A stretch of 64,000 bases of DNA from an uncultured delta proteobacterium. GTDB taxonomy: Bacteria; Desulfobacterota; Desulfobaccia; Desulfobaccales; 0-14-0-80-60-11. Each line of letters begins with the position of its first letter. Positions within the stretch are counted from its first letter, which is position 1. The DNA lies in the NCBI GenBank assembly GCA_963812015.1, contig CAWETI010000003.1, forward strand, positions 672,001-736,000. The letters are read 5' to 3'. The notes beneath the pieces were generated by a model, which made no database searches, was not told the DNA's origin, and saw only the letters and a list, made by a program, of their open reading frames with translations. Of the stretch, positions 54,220-64,000 are shown one piece after another. The position numbers and the translations under genes are program-made.

Positions 54220-54474
54220 AAACTCCTCTTCCTGGGAGCTGCGGGAACGAGCCTTAAGCCTGCCCGTTTCCCGATAGGTCCGGCCCTGGGACCCAAACTG
54301 ACCTGGCCCCCCAAAACTGGTCCACATTTTATATTAGATGATGGCGCATTGGAGGGATGCAGGTGCACGACCAGGAAACGTTATCCATTGGAGCAGATAA
54401 ATGGAGTGGTGTCGCAGAAAATATCCCGAACATCTCCAACAACCCGGTTCGAAATTAGATGAAGGAGTGCGGTT

Positions 54475-55743
54475 ATGAGTATTTTGAAACTCGTCAATAA
54501 GCCTAAACAGTTCGAGGACTTCATTTCAAAAAATGGGACGGCTGACATCTTCCAAAAAGTGTATGAATTGGAAGCTGTCCTACAGGAGAGTACCCCTAAA
54601 TATATGGATGGGCTGGGACTTCAGATTCTTTCCCCCGCGGGGCCTCGGGTAAGAATCAAGGAAAAAGACAACCATGACCATGAAGTAATTATGTTGGCGT
54701 CGAATTCCTACCTGTCGTTGACCACGCATCCGAGAGTAATTGCCGCTTGCAAAGCGGCGTGTGACGCATACGGGTTTGGAATGGGTGCTTCTCCCCTGCT
54801 TGCAGGGACAAGCGTCCTGCACCGGCAATTGGAAAAACTCATAACAGAGTTCTATGAAGCCGAAGATGCCATGATCTTTCCCTGCGGGTACTCGGGCAAT
54901 GTCGGCATTATATCAGCTCTATGTGGATCAGGTGATGTGGTCCTGACCGATGCAGCCAATCACGCCTCGATTTTTGATGGGTGTAAGTTGTCAGGGGCTG
55001 AAATCAAGGTGTTTCTTCACCGCAATATAGATCATCTGGAGAAAACTCTTAAGAATCTACCCGAATCCCAGAAAGGCCGTCTTATTGTCACATGTGGAGT
55101 CTTTTCCATGAATGGCGATGTGGCTCCGCTTGATCAGATTGTTGAGTTGGCGCAGCGCTACAATGCACGAGTCATGATAGATGAGGCTCATGCCGTGGGA
55201 GTCGTCGGCCCGACGGGAAGAGGCACACCGGAGAAGTTCAATTGCATGAACCGGGTGGACATCATTTTTGGCACACTGAGCAAAGCACCTGGGGCCATCG
55301 GCGGCTATTGTGCGGGTACCGCATCCCTGATTCGCTATCTTCGATATTATGCACGCCCCTATTTCTTCTCCACCAGTGGTCCCGCTCCTATCATGGCGGG
55401 CCTGATTGAAGTATTTAAACTCATGAAGGAAGATGCCGCCGGCCGGGATAGATTATGGGACAATATTCGCTATATGCTGGCGGGCCTGAAAAGGCTTGGA
55501 TTCGATACCGGCGACACGGAATCCGCCATCATACCGATTATGATCGGGGACGAAGGCAAGCTCGCAAATCTTCACAATGACCTTCGTCACCAAGGTGTTT
55601 TTACTAACCTCGTCACGTATCCTGCCGTTAGACGCAAAGAATGCAGGTTACGGGTGAGTATTATGAACTCGCTGACCAGTGAAGAAATGGACAGGGCGCT
55701 GGGTATATTTGCAGAACTGGGGCGGGAATATGGTGTTATTTGA
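54475..55743 (+). CDS. PLP-dependent alpha-oxoamine synthase (AONS/KBL/serine palmitoyltransferase family)
   Basis: SNSYLSL, GYSGN, NHASI, VFSMNGD, DEAHA, GTLSKA (PLP Lys); N-terminal extension. Confidence 0.88.
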   Translation: MSILKLVNKPKQFEDFISKNGTADIFQKVYELEAVLQESTPKYMDGLGLQILSPAGPRVRIKEKDNHDHEVIMLASNSYLSLTTHPRVIAACKAACDAYGFGMGASPLLAGTSVLHRQLEKLITEFYEAEDAMIFPCGYSGNVGIISALCGSGDVVLTDAANHASIFDGCKLSGAEIKVFLHRNIDHLEKTLKNLPESQKGRLIVTCGVFSMNGDVAPLDQIVELAQRYNARVMIDEAHAVGVVGPTGRGTPEKFNCMNRVDIIFGTLSKAPGAIGGYCAGTASLIRYLRYYARPYFFSTSGPAPIMAGLIEVFKLMKEDAAGRDRLWDNIRYMLAGLKRLGFDTGDTESAIIPIMIGDEGKLANLHNDLRHQGVFTNLVTYPAVRRKECRLRVSIMNSLTSEEMDRALGIFAELGREYGVI

Positions 55744-55893
55744 TGAAATATCCCTTCATGACAGGATTGGTAGGATTCATAGGATTATACAGGTTCATTA
55801 CTATTAAAATAGTCAACATCAAAATGTCTACTAATAAAGGTTGCAAGATACAAGAGCATGTGGGCTTAATTCGATCAGGGGAGTTTTGAGGCC

Positions 55894-57474
55894 ATGCGCT
55901 CTTTGCTGGTATTTCCCGAATTTCCCCTTTCCTTCTGGAGTTTCCGAAAATCTTGCCGAATCATGGGAAAAGAGGCGGTTCAACCACCATTGGGTCTGCT
56001 GACGGTGGCCGCCTTACTGCCCTCAGAATGGGAACTGCGTCTGGCCGATCTCAATACCAGAAGCCTGACGGAGGAGGATTGGCAGTGGGCCGATCTGATC
56101 TTGATATCGGCGATGTACATTCAGAGGGAGGGCTTGTTGGCCCTGGTGAAAGAAGCCAAGCACCGTGGAAAAATCGTCGTAGTGGGAGGACCCTATCCCA
56201 CTTCACTTCCTGAGGCAGCCCTGGAGGCGGGATGTGATTTTGTGGTACGAGGCGAGGGCGAGAATACGATTCCCCTGCTCCTGGAGGCGATGCGAGGCGG
56301 CCAGACCGGGGTGATCGAAAACCACGAGAAGCCGGATATTACAACTTCGCCAATCCCGCGCCTTGATCTGCTGGGGCTGGCGGATTACCAGGAACTGACA
56401 ATTCAGACTTCCCGTGGATGCCCTTTTGATTGCGAATTTTGCGATGTGGTGAACCTCTTGGGAAGAAAACCCCGTTACAAGACCCCGCAGCAGGTCTTAG
56501 CCGAACTGGAGACCCTCTACCGCCTCGGGGCCGAAGGCATGGTGTTCATCTGCGACGATAACTTCATCGGGAGCAAGAAGCACGCCCGGGCCCTCCTGCA
56601 AGAACTCACCCCCTGGTCGAAGAATCGGGGCGAGCCCTTCGTCTTCAATACGCAGGCCTCGGTTAACCTGGGGCAAGATCCGGAAATGATCGACCTCATG
56701 ACCAAGGCCAACCTGAAGGAAGTCTTTATCGGGATCGAGTCTCCGGATGAGAAGGTGCTTGAAACCAGCCGCAAATATCACAACATCCAGAATCCGCTCC
56801 TGGAATCTCTCAACAATATCAAGCAGCAAGGTATAATGGTTATAGGCAGTTTCATTATCGGCCTTGACGGGGAAACGAAAGGGGCCGGCCAGAGAATCTG
56901 CTCATTCATGGAACAGACTGCCATACCGATGGCTATGCTTGGTGTCCTTCAGGCCCCGCCGCATACCAGCCTGTGGAATCGACTGGAGAGAGAAGGGAGG
57001 CTGCGCCGGGATGTCGGAAACGACGGGGGAACCTTCTCAGCGATAAACTACGAACCTGATCGACCGGAAGCTGAGATCATGCAGGAATACGCCGATGCCT
57101 GGGATTATCTGTATGAACCATCCCGTTATTTGGCGAGGGCCTACCGCTATTATCTGGCTATGCGACCGGCTTGCCGGGATAAAGCGATGGCAGCAGAGGG
57201 ACCCCTGCGCCGGGAAAACGTCCCCGACCGGGGTATGATTTGGCGTCGGTCGATCCGGGCTATTATCACAATTTTCTGGCAGCAAGGGGTCCGTGCGTCG
57301 TACCGGCGTCAATTCTGGACCCAGTTGATCGGGATGGGGTGGCAAAACCCGAGCAGATTAGAGCAATATCTCACGGCCTGCGTCATGGGAGAGGATCTTT
57401 CCTATATGCGGCAGGTTGTGCGGGAAAAGGTCACGGCTATCATCAAGGAGCTGGGAATAGGGGTTCCCGCTTGA
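55894..57474 (+). CDS. B12-binding radical SAM methyltransferase-like protein (HpnP-like, DUF4070-type C-terminus)
   Basis: FPLSFWS, PPLGLLTVAALLP, GGPYPT, QTSRGCPFDCEFC, DDNFIG, FIGIESP. Confidence 0.88.
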   Translation: MRSLLVFPEFPLSFWSFRKSCRIMGKEAVQPPLGLLTVAALLPSEWELRLADLNTRSLTEEDWQWADLILISAMYIQREGLLALVKEAKHRGKIVVVGGPYPTSLPEAALEAGCDFVVRGEGENTIPLLLEAMRGGQTGVIENHEKPDITTSPIPRLDLLGLADYQELTIQTSRGCPFDCEFCDVVNLLGRKPRYKTPQQVLAELETLYRLGAEGMVFICDDNFIGSKKHARALLQELTPWSKNRGEPFVFNTQASVNLGQDPEMIDLMTKANLKEVFIGIESPDEKVLETSRKYHNIQNPLLESLNNIKQQGIMVIGSFIIGLDGETKGAGQRICSFMEQTAIPMAMLGVLQAPPHTSLWNRLEREGRLRRDVGNDGGTFSAINYEPDRPEAEIMQEYADAWDYLYEPSRYLARAYRYYLAMRPACRDKAMAAEGPLRRENVPDRGMIWRRSIRAIITIFWQQGVRASYRRQFWTQLIGMGWQNPSRLEQYLTACVMGEDLSYMRQVVREKVTAIIKELGIGVPA

Positions 57475-57571
57475 ACATGCTATCTACTGTTAAGACTGGA
57501 AACCGCGTAAAGACAGACCGGCAGGACGGCTGCAAGCTGATCCCGACGTCTGCAGACTTTCCCGCGATTCA

Positions 57572-57883
57572 TCAAAAGGCAGCGCTGAACATCAATTGCC
57601 TGCCTGACGGAGTGGCTTTTGCGCCGAACTCCTCGTAATAACTCAAAGTAAAATAGCCATACTTGGTCAGGGCACTGATCCCCGGTCCAGCCGCATAGAT
57701 CTGCGACCTGCTATTTTCCACCCGATTCATCACTGAATTCTCGACTCCGTTTGCCGGCGTGAAATGTATCTGGTTGTTGGTTACCTGCCACTGCGCATAG
57801 CCTACGGCGCCAATGGTGATCTGCTTTAGAATGTCATTGTTAAAATTAAAGGTCTTTCCCGCACCCCACTCGAAAGGAACCAC
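57572..57883 (-). pseudogene. C-terminal remnant of SphA/Phenol_MetA-like outer-membrane barrel
   Basis: GAVGYAQWQVT..QIYAAGPGI..YEEFGA, terminal Phe; no signal peptide or N-terminal part. Confidence 0.55.
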
Positions 57884-58372
57884 ATCACCAAGTCGTTCAA
57901 ATTTGAGGCTTGAGAGGGCACTTTACCAAGGGAATTTCAACTCTGGCGACGCCGGTAGAGGCATGTAATTTTCCGCCTTAAAGACGAACATGTTGCAGTT
58001 GAGCGATATGGCGGGACTCCTATGAAGCCCCCTTTGTTTCGAACCCTCGTCCTGTTCCTGAGCATGGCCTGCATCTAATGCCTTAAAGCGGGCCAGCCTT
58101 AAGTCCGGAACCCTGACCGTATCCCTTGTTGCGATATGGCGATCATATCTTCATCTCTCTGGAATTTTTGAGAAGCTTTGCTAGTGGCAAGTTATGTGGC
58201 ACCCAGCCAATCTGCTTTAGTTTGTCAAGAGGAGTGGTTAGTTGAAAAGCTCCTCCGATGCTGGGGTATCCCTTTCCCTGACTGCCCTATGAACTATAAA
58301 GATCAAATGGAAAAAAACCACTGCCCCCGGACAGCACGAATGTTACCTTTGATGTTAGCGACCATCTTAGAA

Positions 58373-58939
58373 TTAATCCTCGCTATAATATGCTTTGCGC
58401 TTGCGCCAGAGGGTGGAGGGATCGATACCCAAAATATGGGCGGCCTCGTCAAGGGTTGAAGTGCGGGCCATGGTCCGAAGAATATGCTCCCGCTCGATCT
58501 GCTCCAAGGAATAATCCCCGCCCAGCGCCGGCACATCCGACAGGCGCGCCGCCAGGCTGTTGAGGAAGTCCCGGATTTGCTCCAGGGTGAACGGTTTGGG
58601 CAGATAATCCATCGCTCCTCGTTTGATGGCCTCTACCGCAGTCTCTATGGTGGCATAGGCGGTAATTATCACTATGTGGAGATGAGGGCTGATGGACAGG
58701 AGCTTGGGAATCAGGTCCAGGCCGCTCATTTCCTTCAGGCGCAGGTCCAGGAAGGCCAGATCAAAGGGCTGGTGCTCCAGGACAGCCAAGGCCTCGGAGG
58801 CCGAGGCTATTGCCGTGACCCGGCAGCCCATGGTCTCGAGGCAGGCTGATAAGGTAATTCGGAGGTTCTTCTCGTCATCAATTATCAGGACCCTAAAGGG
58901 ACCAACCTTGGATAGTTCAAGGGAAGCCACGCTATTCAT
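58373..58939 (-). CDS. Response regulator, REC + Fis-type HTH, no AAA+ domain
   Basis: IIDDE, FLDLRL, ITAYATIETAVEAIKRGAMDYLPKPF; SLEQIEREHI..AAHILGIDPSTLWRK. Confidence 0.82.
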   Translation of the reverse strand: MNSVASLELSKVGPFRVLIIDDEKNLRITLSACLETMGCRVTAIASASEALAVLEHQPFDLAFLDLRLKEMSGLDLIPKLLSISPHLHIVIITAYATIETAVEAIKRGAMDYLPKPFTLEQIRDFLNSLAARLSDVPALGGDYSLEQIEREHILRTMARTSTLDEAAHILGIDPSTLWRKRKAYYSED

Positions 58940-59092
58940 ATCCCAACCCCTCCAGTCTTCCTGCACCGGGGCGCTCAATTCCGGCGCAGGAAGCTAAGGG
59001 CTTTTCAACTCCCATGGGATTCGTTGGAAAGCAAATACGGGTTAAGGCCATGGCACTTGACCCTGGATCAACCCTCTCATCCCGCCATAGGT

Positions 59093-60112
59093 TTAGGACG
59101 ATGGGGCTCCATAGTGCTTACGCAGTTCGAGATTCATTTCCAGCACGTTCACAAATTTCTCGCCCGCCAGCCCTCCCCAGGGCGCCGAGGCGTTTTTCTG
59201 TAAGATCCGTTTGATCTCCTGCCGTACTTCTTCCGGCTGGCGCTTTAAATTACCAGCCCATTTGGAGGCCACCCGCTCGAGCTGAAACTCGGCGTTCTGC
59301 AGCGTGATATGCGGATCGAGCCCGGAACCGGAAGCGGTGACCAAGTCGCCGGGGACGTCCGGGAAATTGACATTAGGATGCTCCTCTCGCCACATCAAGA
59401 AGAAAATCGACTGAATGTCCGAGCCCTCATTGACCGGTTCGATCACCTTTTCCTCCTTGCCGTCGGCCCCTTTGTGGGTGACGGCTGAGGGGAATTTCCC
59501 GGGGTGTGCCTCGGAGAAGTTTTTGAAGAACACCATGGCCAGGTCTTCGCGCTTGGGCTTCGGAGTGCCGGGGTTGTCCTTGATAAACTGAGCCACCATC
59601 TCGGGATGCGTCTTGGCCCAATTTTCCACGTAGGCGCCGTTGGCCGGGTCCGCCTTGACCCAGGCCTGGGCCAGGGAGTTGTGTTGGTCCGCCCATTGGG
59701 CCACCAGGTGCGGGTTGCCCTGGTACTTATCCTGCTGGAACCATTTTTCCACATCCGGCGCCACCGGCTGTCCGGCCTTGGGGCCGCCGCGATAGGTCAC
59801 AATGGGACCCAGGCTACGGGCCACCCGGTCACGCAGCGCATAGTTGGAGGCCGCCAGGCTCGATGAAGCCGAGGCCGAGGCGTCGTAGGACGCAGCCGAG
59901 GGGCGGGGCTGAAAATATTCGTCCTTGGTAAACGGCTGGGCAATGAGCCTCGAGCCCACCGGTTTGCCGTCGGGACCTGCCACTATGCTGCCGTTGGCCT
60001 GGAAGGGAAAGAACGCCTGTCCCACCGCCAATAATGCCAACGGGTAAAAGACGCAGATAATAAGCACCGAGACCGACAATAACAAGATGCTCTTGGAAAG
60101 GTATCGCCACAT
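59093..60112 (-). CDS. kdpC: K+-transporting ATPase subunit C (long form)
   Basis: FPFQANGS, GSRLIAQPF..YFQPRPSA, DLVTASGSGLDPHI, VNVLEMN; large central insertion. Confidence 0.9.
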   Translation of the reverse strand: MWRYLSKSILLLSVSVLIICVFYPLALLAVGQAFFPFQANGSIVAGPDGKPVGSRLIAQPFTKDEYFQPRPSAASYDASASASSSLAASNYALRDRVARSLGPIVTYRGGPKAGQPVAPDVEKWFQQDKYQGNPHLVAQWADQHNSLAQAWVKADPANGAYVENWAKTHPEMVAQFIKDNPGTPKPKREDLAMVFFKNFSEAHPGKFPSAVTHKGADGKEEKVIEPVNEGSDIQSIFFLMWREEHPNVNFPDVPGDLVTASGSGLDPHITLQNAEFQLERVASKWAGNLKRQPEEVRQEIKRILQKNASAPWGGLAGEKFVNVLEMNLELRKHYGAPSS

Positions 60113-60140
60113 GATAATGTCTCCTTGATTCACTCAAACG

Positions 60141-62303
60141 TCAGCTGACTAAATGCATGCCAACCAAGACGAGGTCGATCAATTTGATGCCGATGAAGGG
60201 TATGACCACGCCGCCCAATCCCCAGATCAACAAATTCCTCCGCAACAGGGCATCAGCACCCATTGGCCGGTAGCGGACTCCCTTGAGCGCCACCGGGATG
60301 AGCAGCGGGATAATGATCGCGTTGAAGATCACCGCCGACAGAATCGCCGAGGTCGGTGAATGGAGATGCATGATGTCGATCACCTTCAGCCACGGTAAAG
60401 TGCCAGCAAATAGGGCCGGAATAATCGCGAAGTATTTTGCCACGTCATTGGCGATGGAAAAGGTCGTCAGGGAGCCGCGGGTCACCAAAAGCTGCTTGCC
60501 GATTTCCACGACTTCGATCAGCTTGGTGGGGTCACTGTCCAAATCCACCATGTTGGCCGCTTCTTTAGCCGCCTGGGTGCCGGCGTTCATGGCTAAACCC
60601 ACGTCTGCCTGGGCCAGAGCCGGGGCGTCATTGGTGCCGTCCCCCATCATGGCCACCAATTTCCCTTCGGCCTGCGCTTGCCGAATGTAGGCAAGCTTGG
60701 TTTCCGGCGTGGCCTGGGCGAGAAAGTCATCGACTCCCGCCTGTTCGGCAATGGCGGCGGCCGTTAGCGGATTATCGCCGGTGATCATGACGGTGCGCAG
60801 CCCCATCTTTCTCAGCCGCTCAAACCGCTGCGCCATGTGAGGTTTCAAAATATCCTCAAGCACCACCAAGCCCGCGATCTGGGCGTCATCAGCGACGAGT
60901 AGAGGGGTCGCGCCTTGGGAGGCGACGGGATCGATTAAGGCGCTGAGCTCACCCGGCATGCTGCCATGGTTTTCTGCGACGAATTTGACAATGGCGTCCG
61001 GGGCTCCTTTCCGGATGCGCTTGCCTTCGGGAAGATCGATGCCGCTCATGCGCGTTTGGGCGCTAAACGGCACAAACTTTGCTTCCGGCGGCACGCTGAC
61101 CGGGGTGTTGCTTTGCTCCTCGAACAACTTCACGATACTCTTGCCCTCGGGCGTAGGATCTGCCTCGGACGCCATCGCAGCCAGCCGCCCCACGTCGGCA
61201 GCCGTATATTTGCCGATGGGCAAAAACTTGGTCGCTTGTCGGTTCCCTATGGTGATCGTGCCCGTCTTGTCCAGCATCACCACGTCGATGTCACCCGCCA
61301 ACTCCACCGCCTTGCCGCTCTTGGAGATTATGTTGGCCTGGAGGGCGCGATCCATGCCGGCGATGCCGATGGCGGCAAGCAAAGCGCCGATGGTGGTGGG
61401 AATCAGGCAGACCAGGAGCGCAATAAGGGTCGGCACATCGGTGCCGAGACTGCGCAAGGGTTCTTTGATGCCGAGATAGCCCATCATGTATTGCTCGGCG
61501 TTCCAGGCCATGGGCCACAGGGGAATCACCACGATCAAGAAGACCAGGGTAAAGGCGGAAAGCACCAGGGTCAGGGCGATCTCATTGGGAGACCTCTGCC
61601 GGATGGCGCCCTCCACCAGGGCGATCATCTTGTCCAGGAACGAGTCACCGGCACCATGGGTGATCTCAACGACAATCCGGTCGGATAGTACCACAGTTCC
61701 CCCGGTCACCCCGGAGCGGTCGCCGCCCGCATCGCGAATGACCGGGGCCGATTCGCCTGTGATTGCCGATTCGTCCACGGAGGCGATCCCTTCGGTGATC
61801 TCGCCGTCGCCAGGAATCGTTTGTCCCGCCTCTACAACCACCTGGTCCCCTGGTTTCAAAGCCGATGAGGAGACCTCTTCGATGACCCCCGCCGCTTTCA
61901 AGCGATAGGCCACGGTGTCGTGACGGGCCCGCCGGAGCGAATCAGCCTGAGCCTTACCCCGGGCCTCGGCCAGGGCCGTGGCGAAGTTGGCGAACAGCAC
62001 GGTCAAGAAGAGCCAGGCGTCTACCCAGATAAAATAGCTGATGGGCACTTCACTGGTTGCGCCACCCCAGGCCGCTTGGATAACGTACAACAGGGTCAGG
62101 AAGGCGCCGACCTCGACCACGAACATCACCGGATTTTTCCACTGGGTATCCGGGCGCAGCATGACGAACGCCTGCTTCAACGCCGCCATCGCGGTTCCCG
62201 CCTCCAGCAGTCGTTGCGGTTTCACCCGGCGTGGCGCCTGCGCCAGCTCCGAATGCAAATGGGGCTCCCGCGTAGGTTCCGTTATATTGGGTACTTTATT
62301 CAT
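60141..62303 (-). CDS. kdpB: K+-transporting ATPase subunit B
   Basis: [43 protein letters not shown]. Confidence 0.96.
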   Translation of the reverse strand: MNKVPNITEPTREPHLHSELAQAPRRVKPQRLLEAGTAMAALKQAFVMLRPDTQWKNPVMFVVEVGAFLTLLYVIQAAWGGATSEVPISYFIWVDAWLFLTVLFANFATALAEARGKAQADSLRRARHDTVAYRLKAAGVIEEVSSSALKPGDQVVVEAGQTIPGDGEITEGIASVDESAITGESAPVIRDAGGDRSGVTGGTVVLSDRIVVEITHGAGDSFLDKMIALVEGAIRQRSPNEIALTLVLSAFTLVFLIVVIPLWPMAWNAEQYMMGYLGIKEPLRSLGTDVPTLIALLVCLIPTTIGALLAAIGIAGMDRALQANIISKSGKAVELAGDIDVVMLDKTGTITIGNRQATKFLPIGKYTAADVGRLAAMASEADPTPEGKSIVKLFEEQSNTPVSVPPEAKFVPFSAQTRMSGIDLPEGKRIRKGAPDAIVKFVAENHGSMPGELSALIDPVASQGATPLLVADDAQIAGLVVLEDILKPHMAQRFERLRKMGLRTVMITGDNPLTAAAIAEQAGVDDFLAQATPETKLAYIRQAQAEGKLVAMMGDGTNDAPALAQADVGLAMNAGTQAAKEAANMVDLDSDPTKLIEVVEIGKQLLVTRGSLTTFSIANDVAKYFAIIPALFAGTLPWLKVIDIMHLHSPTSAILSAVIFNAIIIPLLIPVALKGVRYRPMGADALLRRNLLIWGLGGVVIPFIGIKLIDLVLVGMHLVS

Positions 62304-62391
62304 GTCGCACTCCTTTGTGCACTTTACTCATCTCGCAATGCTTCGTTAGGACCACAAGTAGTTGCCACAGGTGATGGTCCAGGGTTTCCGG

Positions 62392-64000
62392 TCAGCCACC
62401 GAACGGGAAAGGCCCGAAGTGCTCCGCCACCGGTCCGAGTACGGCCACCGGCAGGAAGAGCAGGGCCCCGATGATAACTATCGTCCCGAACAAGAGGACG
62501 CCAAAGGTGAGGGTGTCCGTACGGAGAGTCCCCAGGCCAAACGGGCTCGATTTCTTCTCCCCCAGATAAGCCGCCATGGCGATGGGCGCTACAATCGGCA
62601 GATAGCGGCTGAAGACCATCACCAGGCCCGCCGCGATGTTCCAGGGGATGGCGGTGGGCGAGATGCTCGGGTTGCTTAACAACCCGTAGGTAACCCCCAA
62701 GCCGTCGAAGGCCGAGCCGTTATTGGCAGAGGCCGAGGAGAAATTGTACAACATTTGGGAAAAACCATGCGCCCCCGGATTGCTGGCGGCCAGGAGTCCC
62801 CAGCTCGTCGCCGCGAAGAGCCCGGTGGGGATGAGAATCATGAAGGGATGCACCAGCAGGGCGATCACCGCCAGCTTCACCTCCCGGGCCCCGATCTTCT
62901 TGCCCAGATACTCGGGGGTCCGTCCCACCATCATGCCGGCCACGAAGATGCCGACGATGATATACAGCAGCATGTTGATCATGCCCACGCCCTTGCCCCC
63001 GAAGATGCAGTTCACCCACATGCCCCACATGGGCGCTAGGGCGGCAAGCGGGTTGAGGCTGTCCTCTTCAGCGTTGACCGCTCCACAGGTCACGTCTGTC
63101 GTCACGGAGTCGAAGGTGGCCCCAGCCGAAGTCCCGAAGCGTAATTCCTTGCCCTCGAGATTGCCCAGGTGCTGGTCCACCGGCAGGCCCGGGACCGCCG
63201 GCAGATTAACTGCCCGTTTGCCACCCGGCGCCGTGGCGCTGGGAACTTCAAAGGTTTGGGCCTGGGGATGCGCGGTCAATCCCGGGTTCGGTTGCAGCGT
63301 GTCATAATAAACCGCCCAGACGATGGTGCCGGCCATCAACGTCAGCATCACCGAAAAAATGACGTAAGCATGGCGCATCCGACCGAGCATCCGGCCGTAC
63401 ATCAGCACGAGGGCAAACGGGAAGACCATCATGGCCAGGGTGTTGAAGAAGTTTGTCAAGCCGGTGGGATTTTCAAAGGGGTGCGCCGAGTTCATCCCGA
63501 AATATCCGCCGCCATTGGTCCCCAGCATCTTGATGGACTCAAAGGCCGCCACCGGTCCCACGTTGATAGTCTGCGGCTTCGCCTCGCCTTTATCCGTGGT
63601 TCCCATAGCCGCAGGTTCGAGGGTCGAGACCTGGGTCGAGGCTTGTAAGGTCATGGGGCTGCCTTGCACCAGAAACACGAGGCTGACGACAAAGGCGATG
63701 GGCACGAACATGTAAACCAACACCCGCCACATGTCCAGGAAATAGTTGCCCACCGTGGAATCGCTGCGCAAAGCCCGGATGACCGCGCAGAGGGCGCTTA
63801 AGCCGACGGCCGCCGACAAGAAAAGATTGGCGATGGCAAAGAAGATCTGGCTAAAGATCGATAAAGTCTGCTCGCCGGAATAGTGCTGGAGGTCCGTGTT
63901 CGTCATGAACGAGGTCACGGCTTGAAAGATGGTGCTGGGGAAAATCATCCCCTTGCCATCCGGATTGAGGGGCGTCCATGGCTGGAGCGTCAGCACCAGA
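62392..64000 (-). CDS. kdpA: K+-transporting ATPase subunit A, 5'-truncated by window edge
   Basis: SFMTNTDLQHYSGE, LGTNGGG, NLEGKELRFG, GRTPEYLGKKI, ANNGSAF. Confidence 0.95.
   Translation of the reverse strand, partial: LVLTLQPWTPLNPDGKGMIFPSTIFQAVTSFMTNTDLQHYSGEQTLSIFSQIFFAIANLFLSAAVGLSALCAVIRALRSDSTVGNYFLDMWRVLVYMFVPIAFVVSLVFLVQGSPMTLQASTQVSTLEPAAMGTTDKGEAKPQTINVGPVAAFESIKMLGTNGGGYFGMNSAHPFENPTGLTNFFNTLAMMVFPFALVLMYGRMLGRMRHAYVIFSVMLTLMAGTIVWAVYYDTLQPNPGLTAHPQAQTFEVPSATAPGGKRAVNLPAVPGLPVDQHLGNLEGKELRFGTSAGATFDSVTTDVTCGAVNAEEDSLNPLAALAPMWGMWVNCIFGGKGVGMINMLLYIIVGIFVAGMMVGRTPEYLGKKIGAREVKLAVIALLVHPFMILIPTGLFAATSWGLLAASNPGAHGFSQMLYNFSSASANNGSAFDGLGVTYGLLSNPSISPTAIPWNIAAGLVMVFSRYLPIVAPIAMAAYLGEKKSSPFGLGTLRTDTLTFGVLLFGTIVIIGALLFLPVAVLGPVAEHFGPFPFGG

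Noticed and set aside
54475..55743. Specific call as bioF, kbl or spt
   Set aside because: Motifs are shared across the family and the context does not discriminate

Overview
GC-rich anaerobic bacterial DNA, most like a deltaproteobacterium (Desulfobacterota; inferred from gene content). 0-5.7 kb: polyferredoxin plus two Cys-type HdrA-like flavoproteins, one fused to MvhD. 5.7-21.3 kb: cobalamin riboswitch with terminator, followed by a corrinoid ABC transporter and anaerobic cbi/cob operon. 21.6-28.7 kb: treS-mak, glgB and a glgM-like gene. 30.1-37.9 kb: an hdrL-mvhD-orf-mvhG-mvhA operon that the ORF track breaks at three in-frame TGA codons. Each TGA sits at a conserved Cys position and is followed by a hairpin whose loop GG starts exactly 24 nt downstream, so I read this as three selenoproteins including a group 3c [NiFeSe] hydrogenase. 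The Cys-type cluster at 1.3-5.7 kb has Cys at two of the same positions. From 40.8 kb: a tRNA 3' fragment marks the edge of a capsid-less, satellite-like integrated element. It carries an integrase, a candidate antisense RNA, RHH and Xis-like regulators, a primase-helicase, an iteron-rich origin, an SF2 helicase and a broken Type ISP R-M gene. It is followed by possible cargo (SGNH protein, MlaC/HpnM-like, alpha-oxoamine synthase, B12 radical SAM) and a kdpABC operon cut by the window edge. Intergenic regions carry 7-nt tandem repeats and nested TIR+REP miniature elements. All family calls come from motif recognition, not database searches.
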